A stretch of 64,000 bases of DNA from Minisyncoccia bacterium (GTDB taxonomy: Bacteria; Patescibacteriota; Minisyncoccia; 2-02-FULL-40-12; IGHO2-01-FULL-4-A). The notes under the pieces were generated by a model. The model ran no database searches. It was not told the DNA's origin and saw only the letters and a program-made list of their open reading frames with translations. The stretch lies in the NCBI GenBank assembly GCA_050015375.1, contig JBEKBN010000005.1, forward strand, positions 1,858 through 65,857, in the 5' to 3' direction. The position numbers were made by a program, and so were the translations under genes. This document shows, in pieces, positions 9,811 to 18,745 of the stretch (positions within the stretch are counted from its first letter, which is position 1; every line of letters begins with the position of its first letter).

Positions 9811-10371
9811 GTGACGATTCCATTTAGGAAATCTTTGAAAGATTTCCGCGGGTTCACATTGGTCGAGTTGCTGGTGGTTATTGCCATCATTGGTATTTTG
9901 GCCACCTTGCTTTTGTTGCAATTGGGAGTAGCGCGCGCCAAGGCACGCGATGCCAAACGTATCGCGGATGTTAACCAGGTCCGGACAGCTATCGAACTGT
10001 ATTTTGATGACAATAGCGGAAATTACCCGTCAGCCGATATCTACACCGACGTCGCAACGAATACAAAAATGATCAAATACATGTCCTCCTTAAAGTTACC
10101 GGTTGATCCCCTAGACGCAGCAGTTAATTATCCGTATGCGTGGAATGTAAGTGGAACCAAGATATTACAGTTTCAGATTTGGACAAATTTAGAGCAAAGT
10201 AACGCTTCGGCGTTTTCCGGCGATACCAAGATTGACTCAACGGGTTGGTCCAATGGTGTAAAAGTTAATAGTAATGCCGCACATGAACTTTGTTCCACAG
10301 CGGCCACGACAGGTCCCGGAGCTATCGCTGCTGGAACCGCCGATTGTGTCTATGATTCTGGCCAGAGGTAA
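9811..10371 (+). CDS. type IV pilin, probably the major pilin (GspG-like)
   Basis: RGFTLVELLVVIAIIGILA, ARAKARDAKR; own promoter-like region and terminator. Confidence 0.92.
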   Translation: MTIPFRKSLKDFRGFTLVELLVVIAIIGILATLLLLQLGVARAKARDAKRIADVNQVRTAIELYFDDNSGNYPSADIYTDVATNTKMIKYMSSLKLPVDPLDAAVNYPYAWNVSGTKILQFQIWTNLEQSNASAFSGDTKIDSTGWSNGVKVNSNAAHELCSTAATTGPGAIAAGTADCVYDSGQR

Positions 10372-10384
10372 ATCCTAAACTTCA

Positions 10385-10419
10385 AAACAAAATCCGCCTC
10401 ACCGGCGGATTTTGTTTTG
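10385..10419 (+). terminator. intrinsic terminator after pilin
   Basis: AAACAAAATCCGCC-TCACC-GGCGGATTTTGTTTT. Confidence 0.75.
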
Positions 10420-10457
10420 CATCCGCCGACTTTGTTCTATAATGATTGAAGATGACC

Positions 10458-11228
10458 ATGACATATTTGTTAACATTCATCTTCGGTTTGGTCTTTGGCA
10501 GTTTTGTCAATGTTTTGATATATCGGATCCCGCGGGGCGAGAACTTCGTGACCGATCGTTCCAAGTGTCCTCATTGCCACGCTTTCATCGAGTGGTATGA
10601 TCTCATTCCGCTTTTAAGTTTTTTGGTCCTGAACGGCAAGTGCCGGAACTGCGGCGCGAAGATCAGCTGGTCATATTTCTGGGTTGAGTTCTATTCCGGT
10701 TTGATCTTTCTTTTATCGTTCATGGTTTTCGGCAATTTCGGTGTCGGTCTCTGGCTGGCCAATGTCGCCATCCTCGAGATCTTTCTGATCCTGTTCATGA
10801 CCGATATCAAAGAGTTAATCTTACCCGACTCCGTGATTCTTGCTGGTATTGTCATCGCTCTCGCCGGATTCAAAACATTCAATTCAATTTCCGTTGAACA
10901 TCTTTTGACGGCTTTGATCTACTTGTTGTTTTTTTCGGCTGTCTGGTTTTTGTCGAAAGGGAAGTGGCTCGGCTTTGGCGACGGCAAGTTGATGTTTCTC
11001 GTCGGCTTGGTTTTCGGCGCGGTGGCGAGTGTTGTCGTTTTGTATATGGCGGTTATTTTGGGAACCATCATCGGCCTCGGACTTTTACTGTTCAAGAAAG
11101 CCAATCTCAAAACCCGCTTGCCCTTGGGCGCTTTTATCTGTTTCTCGGCCAGTGTGTATATCTTTTTTGGAAATGTTATAATAAGTAAGTTGGGGTCGAT
11201 ATATTTGATCTTAAACATTTTTAAGTAA
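10458..11228 (+). CDS. pilD: prepilin peptidase PilD
   Basis: GSFVNVLIYRIP, RSKCPHC, GKCRNC, GFGDGKL, LPLGAF. Confidence 0.95.
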   Translation: MTYLLTFIFGLVFGSFVNVLIYRIPRGENFVTDRSKCPHCHAFIEWYDLIPLLSFLVLNGKCRNCGAKISWSYFWVEFYSGLIFLLSFMVFGNFGVGLWLANVAILEIFLILFMTDIKELILPDSVILAGIVIALAGFKTFNSISVEHLLTALIYLLFFSAVWFLSKGKWLGFGDGKLMFLVGLVFGAVASVVVLYMAVILGTIIGLGLLLFKKANLKTRLPLGAFICFSASVYIFFGNVIISKLGSIYLILNIFK

Positions 11229-11238
11229 AAACAATGAA

Positions 11239-11435
11239 TCCCGTTAGAAGTCACCCTAATCCCGTTAGAGAGCGTAAACCAATCAAAAGTTTTAAACAAA
11301 ATGGTTTATGCCACCTATTCGGGACTCTCTAACGGGACTAACGGGTTCGCGAATTAAAATTATATGTAAAAAGTTAACTGTTAGCAGGTTGTATAACTTA
11401 TGTAATTAACTATGCAACAGTGACTTCTAACGGGA
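11239..11435. mobile_element. nested family A elements (outer TSD TGAA; inner 11260-11337, TSD CTAA)
   Basis: TCCCGTTAGAAGTCAC...GTGACTTCTAACGGGA enclosing TCCCGTTAGAGAG...CTCTCTAACGGGA. Confidence 0.8.
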
Positions 11436-11845
11436 TGAAAACGGAGATTTCGCCAAAACAAGTCATATTGGCAGCCGTGGCAGTGATCATTATTGGGGTT
11501 GGTTTTAGTTTGATAAAGACCAGTTTTAACAAGGGCCAGGTTCAGAACCAGCAAGCCGCCCTCGTCCTTTATTTCGACCAGACCCAAAAACGGATATTTG
11601 AAGGCGATGTTACTGACAACATGTCGGTTTTGCAGGCGCTCTACGCTTCTTCTTTGGCCGGAAATTTTGATTTCCGCTATTCCGTCGAAAAGTCCGGCAA
11701 GATCCAGCTTTACAAGATCGGCGACAAGATCAATGATCTTGGCGGCCAATGGTATTTTTACCTCAACGGCAATCCCATAAATATCGGAGACATTGACCTG
11801 CAAAAAATAAACAAAGGCGACTTAATTGAGGCAAAATATCAATAA
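11435..11845 (+). CDS. membrane-anchored DUF4430-like (beta-grasp) protein
   Basis: TM helix, SVLQAL, W.FYLNG...I..GD.IE pattern. Confidence 0.65.
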   Translation: MKTEISPKQVILAAVAVIIIGVGFSLIKTSFNKGQVQNQQAALVLYFDQTQKRIFEGDVTDNMSVLQALYASSLAGNFDFRYSVEKSGKIQLYKIGDKINDLGGQWYFYLNGNPINIGDIDLQKINKGDLIEAKYQ

Positions 11846-12563
11846 TAATTCGGGGCTTGCCCTGTTAGAGAGTGCAAAATTATTCGGGCGTTTTTTTTGT
11901 TCACAATTTTTCAATTATCAAAAGGACTCTCTAACAGGGCTTGCCCCTCACTTGAAAGCGATTTTAAAAAAAACGCCGCTTTTCGGCTGGTCGTTTTCAA
12001 GCGAGGGGTTCTCATTAGTTGAAATACTCGTTGTCACGACTATTATAGTCATCCTCTCGACGTTGATGGTTTTTAATTTCCGGTCATCGTCCACCAATAC
12101 CACCAGCCGCCATCAGGTGGCTTCGGTCATTGTCGCCGACATCAGAGAACTCCAGGCCCGGGCTTTAGCCGGAATTTCAGCGACCGGGACGATCGTTTGC
12201 GGCTACGGCATTCATTTTGTCAATTCCCAGAGCTATCTGACCTTTACGCGCCAACCGGATCCGGTGTTATGTTCAAAAACCGACGACCGGAAATTTGGCG
12301 CCGGCAACGACCAGGTTCTGGATACCAAGATCGTCGGTAATCCGAATTTTGCCATCCAAACGACCTCCGGTTGGGACAACAGCGACATTTATTTCGAACC
12401 GCCCGACCCGACGACATACATAAACAACGAGAAAACCGTCGCCGGCAATATTGAGCCCTCCGAGACCATATTGATAGTTCGCTCCAACGATCCAAGCGAT
12501 CTGTCTTCGAGCACCATAACCGTTTATGCGTCTGGAAAAATAGACATAACCGATTCGCAATGA
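11826..12563 (+). CDS. minor pilin (FimT/GspH-like) with two palindromic inserts in its leader
   Basis: EGFSLVEILVV; CGYGIHF; IYFEPPDP. Confidence 0.8.
   Translation: MRQNINNNSGLALLESAKLFGRFFCSQFFNYQKDSLTGLAPHLKAILKKTPLFGWSFSSEGFSLVEILVVTTIIVILSTLMVFNFRSSSTNTTSRHQVASVIVADIRELQARALAGISATGTIVCGYGIHFVNSQSYLTFTRQPDPVLCSKTDDRKFGAGNDQVLDTKIVGNPNFAIQTTSGWDNSDIYFEPPDPTTYINNEKTVAGNIEPSETILIVRSNDPSDLSSSTITVYASGKIDITDSQ
11860..11939. mobile_element. family A element, 80 bp, TSD CTTG, in frame
   Basis: CCCTGTTAGAGAGT...ACTCTCTAACAGGG. Confidence 0.8.
11944..12008. mobile_element. family B-like element, in frame
   Basis: CCCCTCACTTGAAA...TTTCAAGCGAGGGG. Confidence 0.6.
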
Positions 12564-13165
12564 CCCAGATGGAAAGATCAAAAGAAAAGGGGTTCACCCC
12601 GTTAGAGAGTGCAAAATCATTAGGACAATATTTTAGCGTGCGGTTTCGCAATTTCAAAAAGGACTCTCTAACGGGGTTCACCATGGTTGAGATCATCGTC
12701 ACCATTTTTATTTTGGGTTTGGCCCTGGCCGCTATTTATGGAATTTTGTCCGTTGACATGGCCAGCGCCACCGCCTCAAAAAACAATTACACCGCCAGCA
12801 TGCTGGCTCAGGAAGGAGTGGAATTGGTGAGAAATTTCAGGGATAGCGATTGGCTTGCCGGACGGGAATTTGGTTCGCTGGGAGGTTTAGGCGGACCAGT
12901 AGGCGATGGTACCTTTGCCGTTGAGTGGGATGGAACCACGCTTTTGCCGGCGGAGTTTGCCGATGAATATCTGGAGAAAGATTCGAACGGCGTCTTCTCA
13001 TATGATGGTGGCGGTGACACTCTTTTCAAAAGGGCGATTACTATTGATGAAACCACAGATCCGGGAGTTGAGATTATTGTAAGAGTTGATGTCACCTGGA
13101 CCGAAAGGGGACTGGATAAAAAATTATCCGCCGAAGATCATTTATTCAACTGGTACCAAAAATGA
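12560..13165 (+). CDS. minor pilin (PilV-like)
   Basis: GFTMVEIIV; LAQEGVELVRNFRD; LFNW. Confidence 0.85.
   Translation: MTQMERSKEKGFTPLESAKSLGQYFSVRFRNFKKDSLTGFTMVEIIVTIFILGLALAAIYGILSVDMASATASKNNYTASMLAQEGVELVRNFRDSDWLAGREFGSLGGLGGPVGDGTFAVEWDGTTLLPAEFADEYLEKDSNGVFSYDGGGDTLFKRAITIDETTDPGVEIIVRVDVTWTERGLDKKLSAEDHLFNWYQK
12597..12676. mobile_element. family A element, 80 bp, TSD TTCA, in frame
   Basis: CCCCGTTAGAGAGT...ACTCTCTAACGGGG. Confidence 0.85.
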
Positions 13166-13788
13166 AAAAACCATTTCAAAAGGGCTTTACCCCGTTAGAG
13201 AGTGCAAGCTCAATCAAGAAATTTTTTAACGGACGATTTTGTAATTTTAAAAAGGACTCTCTAACGGGGTTTACATTGATCGAGGCCATAGTTTCCACAC
13301 TTATTTTCTCGATAATCTTGACTATCATCGGCGGCGCTTTCAGTTTGTTCCTGAACTCCCAAAGAAGAGCCATGAACATCCAGCAGGCGATCGAGAACTC
13401 CAACTTTATCTTCGAGTCCATGGCCAAAGAGATCAGGATGAGCACAATCCTCGATGTCGGCAACGACAATTGCCCGGGAACGTATTCGACGACTTTGAAC
13501 ATCGAGCATCCGATCAACGGCTTGGTTACTTACCAATGGGATAACGGCAATCTTTACCGGACCGTGAAAAATCAGACAACCAACGCAACGACCACGACGA
13601 TGCTGAATTCCGATTCGGTTCAATTGACCGGCTTCAAATTTTGCAAAATGGGCGTTGAAGTCGGCGACCAGATCCAGCAGAGGGTAACTATAATTTCGTC
13701 CGTTTCAACCAAGAACTCCAGTGACCAGCAAGCGGTCGTTGATGTTCAAACCACGATTTCCACGAGAAATCTGGAAACAAATCCATGA
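13162..13788 (+). CDS. minor pilin (PilW/GspJ-like)
   Basis: GFTLIEAIV; MAKEIR; QTTISTR. Confidence 0.85.
   Translation: MKKPFQKGFTPLESASSIKKFFNGRFCNFKKDSLTGFTLIEAIVSTLIFSIILTIIGGAFSLFLNSQRRAMNIQQAIENSNFIFESMAKEIRMSTILDVGNDNCPGTYSTTLNIEHPINGLVTYQWDNGNLYRTVKNQTTNATTTTMLNSDSVQLTGFKFCKMGVEVGDQIQQRVTIISSVSTKNSSDQQAVVDVQTTISTRNLETNP
13190..13269. mobile_element. family A element, 80 bp, TSD TTTA, in frame
   Basis: CCCCGTTAGAGAGT...ACTCTCTAACGGGG. Confidence 0.85.
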
Positions 13789-14132
13789 GCATAAATAACC
13801 CATCCAAAAAAAGATCGGACTCCGGCGTCGCCCTTTTGTTCACGATATTAATGATCGGCATTTTGCTCTCGATCATTTTGGTTTTGTCGAATATTTTTGC
13901 CATCAAGCTCAAACTGTCGGCTGAAACGAGGTACTCGGTCAGCGCCTATTACGCCGCCGAGAGCGGTGTTGAATACTGCCTGTACCTGAGAACATCGCCG
14001 ACTCCGGTTCCGGACCCGCCGGTTCTGGATAACGGCGCGACCTTTGATACCGGCGATACTTGCGCTTCCGGCAACATTAGATCGGTAGGTTCTTTCCGGA
14101 ATGTTTCCCGAGCCATCGAGATCTCATACTAG
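13785..14132 (+). CDS. minor pilin (PilX-like)
   Basis: SGVALLFTIL (no E5), AYYAAESGVE. Confidence 0.85.
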   Translation: MSINNPSKKRSDSGVALLFTILMIGILLSIILVLSNIFAIKLKLSAETRYSVSAYYAAESGVEYCLYLRTSPTPVPDPPVLDNGATFDTGDTCASGNIRSVGSFRNVSRAIEISY

Positions 14133-14200
14133 CCCCGTTAGAAGTCCGGTTCACAGATTTGAGCCGGCAGAAGCCCGTGCGCTTCTTGCTTCTAACGGGG
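14133..14200. mobile_element. family A element after the pilX stop
   Basis: CCCCGTTAGAAG...CTTCTAACGGGG; flanks CTAG/GGAG, no exact TSD. Confidence 0.7.
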
Positions 14201-14276
14201 GGAGTTATGAACACCTAGCAATGCCAAAAACTGCGGGTGTGATAAAATATAACTACCAGGAAATGAAAAATTAAAC

Positions 14277-14822
14277 ATGGAAACTAACGAAAATCATCCA
14301 AAAAATTGGGCGGTGAAGGAAGTTGAAGAAAACTGGAGAAATATTTTAACGGTGATTTTAGCCGCGGTCATTTTGATTGTTGGATTAATTGTAATTTGGC
14401 GCAATCCGAAAGGACTGGTTACCATACCAACGCCAACGCCGACAGCGACGGCCAGACCGACAGTCAACATTATTCATGAGGGTTTGAAAACCGTTCTGAC
14501 CGGATTCCCGACCGATATTACATTCCCGGCCAGCGCCATTTTGACGGACAATCTCAAATACACCAGTCCCACCGGCCAAGTCCAGCTGACCAAGATGTTT
14601 ACGAGCACAAAAGCGGTCAGCGACAATTACACTTTTTTCTATAATCAATTCCAGAAATCCACGGCTTGGAAAATCGTTTCCAAACTTGATTCGGGCGCAC
14701 CTGCCGGTCTGATGGCTCTAGTTGCCACCGGCCACGGCGGAGTGTTGAGCGTTAACATCCGCAACGACAACTCCATCAAAAAAACCGTCATCGAAATCGA
14801 TTTCGTTCCGTCAACGAAATAG
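14277..14822 (+). CDS. membrane-anchored hypothetical protein (paralog of 41887-42378)
   Basis: TM, PT linker, GFPTDI...NYTFFYNQF...WKI motifs shared with 41887. Confidence 0.75.
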   Translation: METNENHPKNWAVKEVEENWRNILTVILAAVILIVGLIVIWRNPKGLVTIPTPTPTATARPTVNIIHEGLKTVLTGFPTDITFPASAILTDNLKYTSPTGQVQLTKMFTSTKAVSDNYTFFYNQFQKSTAWKIVSKLDSGAPAGLMALVATGHGGVLSVNIRNDNSIKKTVIEIDFVPSTK

Positions 14823-15002
14823 AGACATCCCTGTTTATAAATTATAAAGTGGATTTAGGCCACTTTTTTCATTGAGTAAAAAAGCAAAAGCGGCAAATTC
14901 TTTATCAAACTGCCGAGGAGTTTGGCAAATTAATTAAGACAACCTTCCATCCATTTTGCGGTTGGATTCTATTTGTTTTTGTGCTATAATAGAAATAGAA
15001 AT

Positions 15003-15302
15003 ATGAAAATACCCGATTTCCTAAAAAAATACTTTTGGGATGTTGATTTTAACGGTCTCGATGCCAACACACATTCGCTTTTTATCGTTGAAAGAATATT
15101 AGAATACGGAGACGAAACCGCAACGAGTTGGATGCTGGATAATTTCAGCAAAGAGCAAATAAAGCAAACATTGCTGGAAAGAAAGGGTTTTTCGAAAAAA
15201 AGCGCTAACTATTGGTCTTTGATTTTAAATATACCTAAAGATAAAATTTCATGTTTGAACAGGTCTTACCAGCAGATGCAAAAAAGTCATTGGCCATATT
15301 AG
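15003..15302 (+). CDS. DUF6922-like putative antitoxin
   Basis: LKKYFWDVD...FIVERILEYGD; overlaps the nucleotidyltransferase gene. Confidence 0.75.
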   Translation: MKIPDFLKKYFWDVDFNGLDANTHSLFIVERILEYGDETATSWMLDNFSKEQIKQTLLERKGFSKKSANYWSLILNIPKDKISCLNRSYQQMQKSHWPY

Positions 15303-15874
15303 GCAAGAGCGGATTACTGAATGGCGCTTATCTGGCCGGCGGCACAGCTCTAGCCCTACAAATAGGACACAGGATTTCTGTTGATTTTGATTTTTTCACT
15401 CCGGAAGAATTTGACGAAAATATTCTAGTTCAACGGATGCAAAAAACAATTCCTGATTTTAAATTGGATAGGATGGAATGGGGAACCATTTTGGGATATA
15501 TTGGAGAAACCCGTTTCAGTTTGTTTTTTTACAATTATCCTCTTCTTTTCAAAACTCACGATTTCATGGGAGTTAAAATCGCAGACATAAAAGATATCGC
15601 CCCCATGAAAATAGCGGCCATATCGGACAGGGGGACGAAAAGAGATTTTATTGACTTATTTTTTTTAATAGAAGAGGAGAAAACATTGACGCTGGAAGAA
15701 GCGCTTGAGTTATATGATAAAAAATTCGGGTTACTTAAACAAAATAGAATTCATATACTGAAAAGCTTGGTCTATTTTGACGATGCCGAAAAAGGGGGAG
15801 AGCCCAAAATGATAAAAGACATATCTTGGGATAAAATAAAAAAAAGAATCGCAGAATTGGCGTTGGCTCAATAA
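15251..15874 (+). CDS. AbiEii/AbiGii-family nucleotidyltransferase (type IV TA toxin-like)
   Basis: YLAGGTALALQIGHRISVDFDFF, MKIAAISDRGTKRDFIDL. Confidence 0.88.
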   Translation: MFEQVLPADAKKSLAILGKSGLLNGAYLAGGTALALQIGHRISVDFDFFTPEEFDENILVQRMQKTIPDFKLDRMEWGTILGYIGETRFSLFFYNYPLLFKTHDFMGVKIADIKDIAPMKIAAISDRGTKRDFIDLFFLIEEEKTLTLEEALELYDKKFGLLKQNRIHILKSLVYFDDAEKGGEPKMIKDISWDKIKKRIAELALAQ

Positions 15875-15958
15875 TCAACGACAACTCCATCAAAAAAACC
15901 GTCATCGAAATCGATTTCGTCCCCGGAAAATAATAAGTTGCTCTTCCGAGCCTTGTAG

Positions 15959-15988
15959 TTGACACTAAACTGTATATAGTTGTAAAAT
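15959..15988 (+). promoter_or_regulatory. sigma70-like promoter for the Cys/Asp peptide
   Basis: TTGACA-18 nt-TAAAAT, then GGAGGT RBS before ATG 16018. Confidence 0.6.
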
Positions 15989-16017
15989 CCAGAAAGTACT
16001 TCCATGGAGGTGTTTTT

Positions 16018-16194
16018 ATGTCTTTTATGTCTGGTTTTCTGACCTTGGACATTAGAGAGCCAGAGCAGGGCACACTTTCCGGCATCGAAATGCAACCGAC
16101 TTGTGATTGCGATGATATCGCCTGCGATACCAATTGCGATTGCCAAGATTGCGATTACAACTGTGAGGAATGCGACTGCGACAAAAGCGACTGA
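16018..16194 (+). CDS. 58-aa Cys/Asp-rich peptide, candidate RiPP (ranthipeptide-like) precursor; absent from the ORF track
   Basis: Hand translation MSFMSGFLTLDIREPEQGTLSGIEMQPTCDCDDIACDTNCDCQDCDYNCEECDCDKSD; RBS, promoter and terminator present. Confidence 0.8.
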   Translation: MSFMSGFLTLDIREPEQGTLSGIEMQPTCDCDDIACDTNCDCQDCDYNCEECDCDKSD

Positions 16195-16224
16195 CAGTTT
16201 GCCCCGTTTGTAGCCAATGTCCCC

Positions 16225-16257
16225 GAGACGCCACTTCTTGGCGCCTCTTCTTTTTTA
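16225..16257 (+). terminator. intrinsic terminator after the peptide gene
   Basis: GAGACGCCA-CTTCT-TGGCGCCTC followed by a T-tract. Confidence 0.6.
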
Positions 16258-17124
16258 TTCAATGACGATGGGTTGTCTAAATTTTTTTAGAAGCTCCTGA
16301 TCTCTTAATGTTTTGTAGCCAAATTTATGCCACATCTCGATTTTTTTGCTTATTTGGTCGCCGATAGAAGCAAATAGTTTTATTAATTTATTAATAATCT
16401 GATTCATATCATTGTTATTATTTTTGTTAAAAATAATATTTTTGTCTACAAAATCAACCAGGGTCATATTATTATCTCCCTCCGATATGTGTATCTCTAC
16501 AATCTCTGGATTGCCTCGGGGAGATTTAGGCATATTAAAAAGGCTTAATAACTCTGGATTTTTAAACATACTTGAGGTGATTGATTCCTGTAAAACATAA
16601 ACCACATCCTTTGAAACATTTTGCCCAATTTTCCAGCCCATTTTCTCGATATATTCTAAAAAAATAATATGAGAAATTTCATGAATTGCAGTCGAAAGAA
16701 CCGACTTGTTTTCTGGATTTTTATTATTTAATTCTGCCAATACAGAATAAAAAAAATAATCTTTCTTGAATGGTGAAAACGGCAGGAGAGACAGATACGC
16801 GTTATATGCTATAGGATCAGACCATGAATAGTTCATAAATCCGCTCAAGAATTTAAAAGCCGCATTATTTTTTTTATTAATTATTTCTTGATTGTACTTG
16901 ATTATCTCTTCTAATTGATTACCCTTGCTTTGATGAAGTGAAACAACAAAATCACGCACTTTTTTTTCCGCATCAGAACTGTTTATTATGTCCGTAAGTT
17001 CCGGGTATGTTTTAAGGATCTTCTCTCGATTTTGAATAAAATATTTATGCCAAATAAAAGAAACGAAGGCGTCAGCATCTTTAATTGGGTCGTTAATAAT
17101 TTTGATTGTTGGGGATACGCCCAT
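16255..17124 (-). CDS. HExxH-motif hypothetical protein (zincin-like)
   Basis: TAIHEISH with downstream LQESIT glutamate; AT-rich. Confidence 0.7.
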   Translation of the reverse strand: MGVSPTIKIINDPIKDADAFVSFIWHKYFIQNREKILKTYPELTDIINSSDAEKKVRDFVVSLHQSKGNQLEEIIKYNQEIINKKNNAAFKFLSGFMNYSWSDPIAYNAYLSLLPFSPFKKDYFFYSVLAELNNKNPENKSVLSTAIHEISHIIFLEYIEKMGWKIGQNVSKDVVYVLQESITSSMFKNPELLSLFNMPKSPRGNPEIVEIHISEGDNNMTLVDFVDKNIIFNKNNNNDMNQIINKLIKLFASIGDQISKKIEMWHKFGYKTLRDQELLKKFRQPIVIE

Positions 17125-17222
17125 TTCTTTAATATTTACAAATCTTTATTATAATTGTATAGTAAATTATAGCATAGCAACTGCACTTTAACAACGAAAT
17201 CCTAGCCAGAAAGAGGTTTTGT

Positions 17223-18563
17223 ATGTACAGGACTTTAAGCGCTCCGCTCATCACACAGGTTGAGTTGACTGAAAAATGTCCCAATAAATGTAGACATTGC
17301 TACAATTATTGGCGGACATTTAATACTGGCAAGTTCAATAATTTTCCAGCCAAAATGGTTGACCAGACGCTGGATAAATTAGCAGAAGCAAAAATATTTC
17401 ACTTAGTCATAACCGGTGGCGAACCACTTGCCAATAAACCAGTTCTTTTTAGTTTCCTCAAAGGCGTGGAAGCCCGAAAATTGACTTGCGGCATCAATTC
17501 GACATTATCAGGACTCACAAAATCAGATGCCGAATATTTTCAGGAAAGTGGCGTTATGAATGTCCTGATTTCGATATTGGGGTCAGACGAGAAAAAACAT
17601 GACGCTATTACCCAAAGCAGGGGTTCTTTTTCCCGCACAATTGATGGGATAAAAATATTGAAAAACACAAACATCCCCATTAGCGCAAATATGGTTGTCT
17701 CCGCCTTGAATATTGACGACATAATCCCGACTTCGATACTTGTTAAATCGCTCGGTTTTAAGAAATTCTTCATTACTAGGGCGGCTTGTCCCAGTAACTG
17801 TATTGATTTCAACGAGCTACGCTTAACAAGAGAACAGTTTACAGGTTACTTAAAAGAACTCCACGCTATTCAAGAACGGATGGGTTTGCGTACGGGTTTT
17901 TTGGAGTGCTACCCGCTTTGTGGCATGAAAGAATTACTACGATACAGTTCTTTTCTGGGTCGCAAATGTTTGGCCGGAATAACTAGCATGACCATAGGTC
18001 CGACCGGAGAAGCCAGACCCTGTTCCCATTTGGATAAGGTTTATGGAAATATATTCAAGGAAAATATCCGTGAAGTTTGGTCCAGAATGACGGAATGGCG
18101 TCATCAATCGTTGCTACCAGACATATGCAAGTCATGCAGAATCGTTAACTATTGTGGTGGCGGGTGCAGGATGGAAGCAAAAACGCTCGGGGGAGGTATA
18201 AATGAAATCGATCCCTTTGCTGAACCGGCAAATGTCGAATATGCGACAGAACAACTTGCCATTTTACACAGAAGAAAACTTGCGAAAAAAGATGAGCTAC
18301 CAAAATTCTGCAGGATAAACCCAAGCTTACGGGTGCGGAATGAATCCTTTGGAGGAGTGTTTTTTGTGGGGGATAAGTCATCTGGTTTAGTGGAATCTCC
18401 AGTGATGGATTTCGTTGGTAGGCTAGATAAAAGGCAAATTTATGAAGTTGATTTTTTGACCGCAGAGATAAATCGTTCTTTATCTTCCGTAAACATCACC
18501 AAGTTTCTCAACCGTATGTTCAAGGAAAAGATTTTCGTTGCTATTTCCGGGGATCATGTTTGA
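17223..18563 (+). CDS. radical SAM/SPASM protein with a C-terminal RRE(PqqD/MftB)-like extension
   Basis: CPNKCRHC, ITGGEPL, C-x-AG...PC, CKSCRIVNYCGGGC; tail LRVRNESFGGVFF. Confidence 0.9.
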   Translation: MYRTLSAPLITQVELTEKCPNKCRHCYNYWRTFNTGKFNNFPAKMVDQTLDKLAEAKIFHLVITGGEPLANKPVLFSFLKGVEARKLTCGINSTLSGLTKSDAEYFQESGVMNVLISILGSDEKKHDAITQSRGSFSRTIDGIKILKNTNIPISANMVVSALNIDDIIPTSILVKSLGFKKFFITRAACPSNCIDFNELRLTREQFTGYLKELHAIQERMGLRTGFLECYPLCGMKELLRYSSFLGRKCLAGITSMTIGPTGEARPCSHLDKVYGNIFKENIREVWSRMTEWRHQSLLPDICKSCRIVNYCGGGCRMEAKTLGGGINEIDPFAEPANVEYATEQLAILHRRKLAKKDELPKFCRINPSLRVRNESFGGVFFVGDKSSGLVESPVMDFVGRLDKRQIYEVDFLTAEINRSLSSVNITKFLNRMFKEKIFVAISGDHV

Positions 18564-18745
18564 TCCCTTTTTTATTTGATAAATTTAATTATGCACTTAT
18601 CTTTCATATCTTCTTGACTTCTTCATTTAGGAGTAGTATATTGACAGAGTAGTGAAAGTGGGGTTTTTGGTTAGTTACCAGAACCTTAACAACGCAATAT
18701 TTATTTGACATCAGACGGGTTCAAGATTCGTCGGAAGGAGGGGCT

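Larger units (their letters stand above)
14762..15920 (+). repeat. 45-bp perfect direct repeats (14762-14806, 15876-15920) flanking a TA module
   Basis: CAACGACAACTCCATCAAAAAAACCGTCATCGAAATCGATTTCGT occurs twice. Confidence 0.9.

Noticed and set aside
14762-15920. Diversity-generating retroelement TR/VR pair
   Set aside because: The 45-bp copies are identical with no adenine-specific mismatches, and no reverse transcriptase is in the window
15868-16234. Minus-strand ORFs 15868-16146 and 16052-16234
   Set aside because: Antisense shadows of the Cys/Asp peptide, which has the RBS, promoter and terminator
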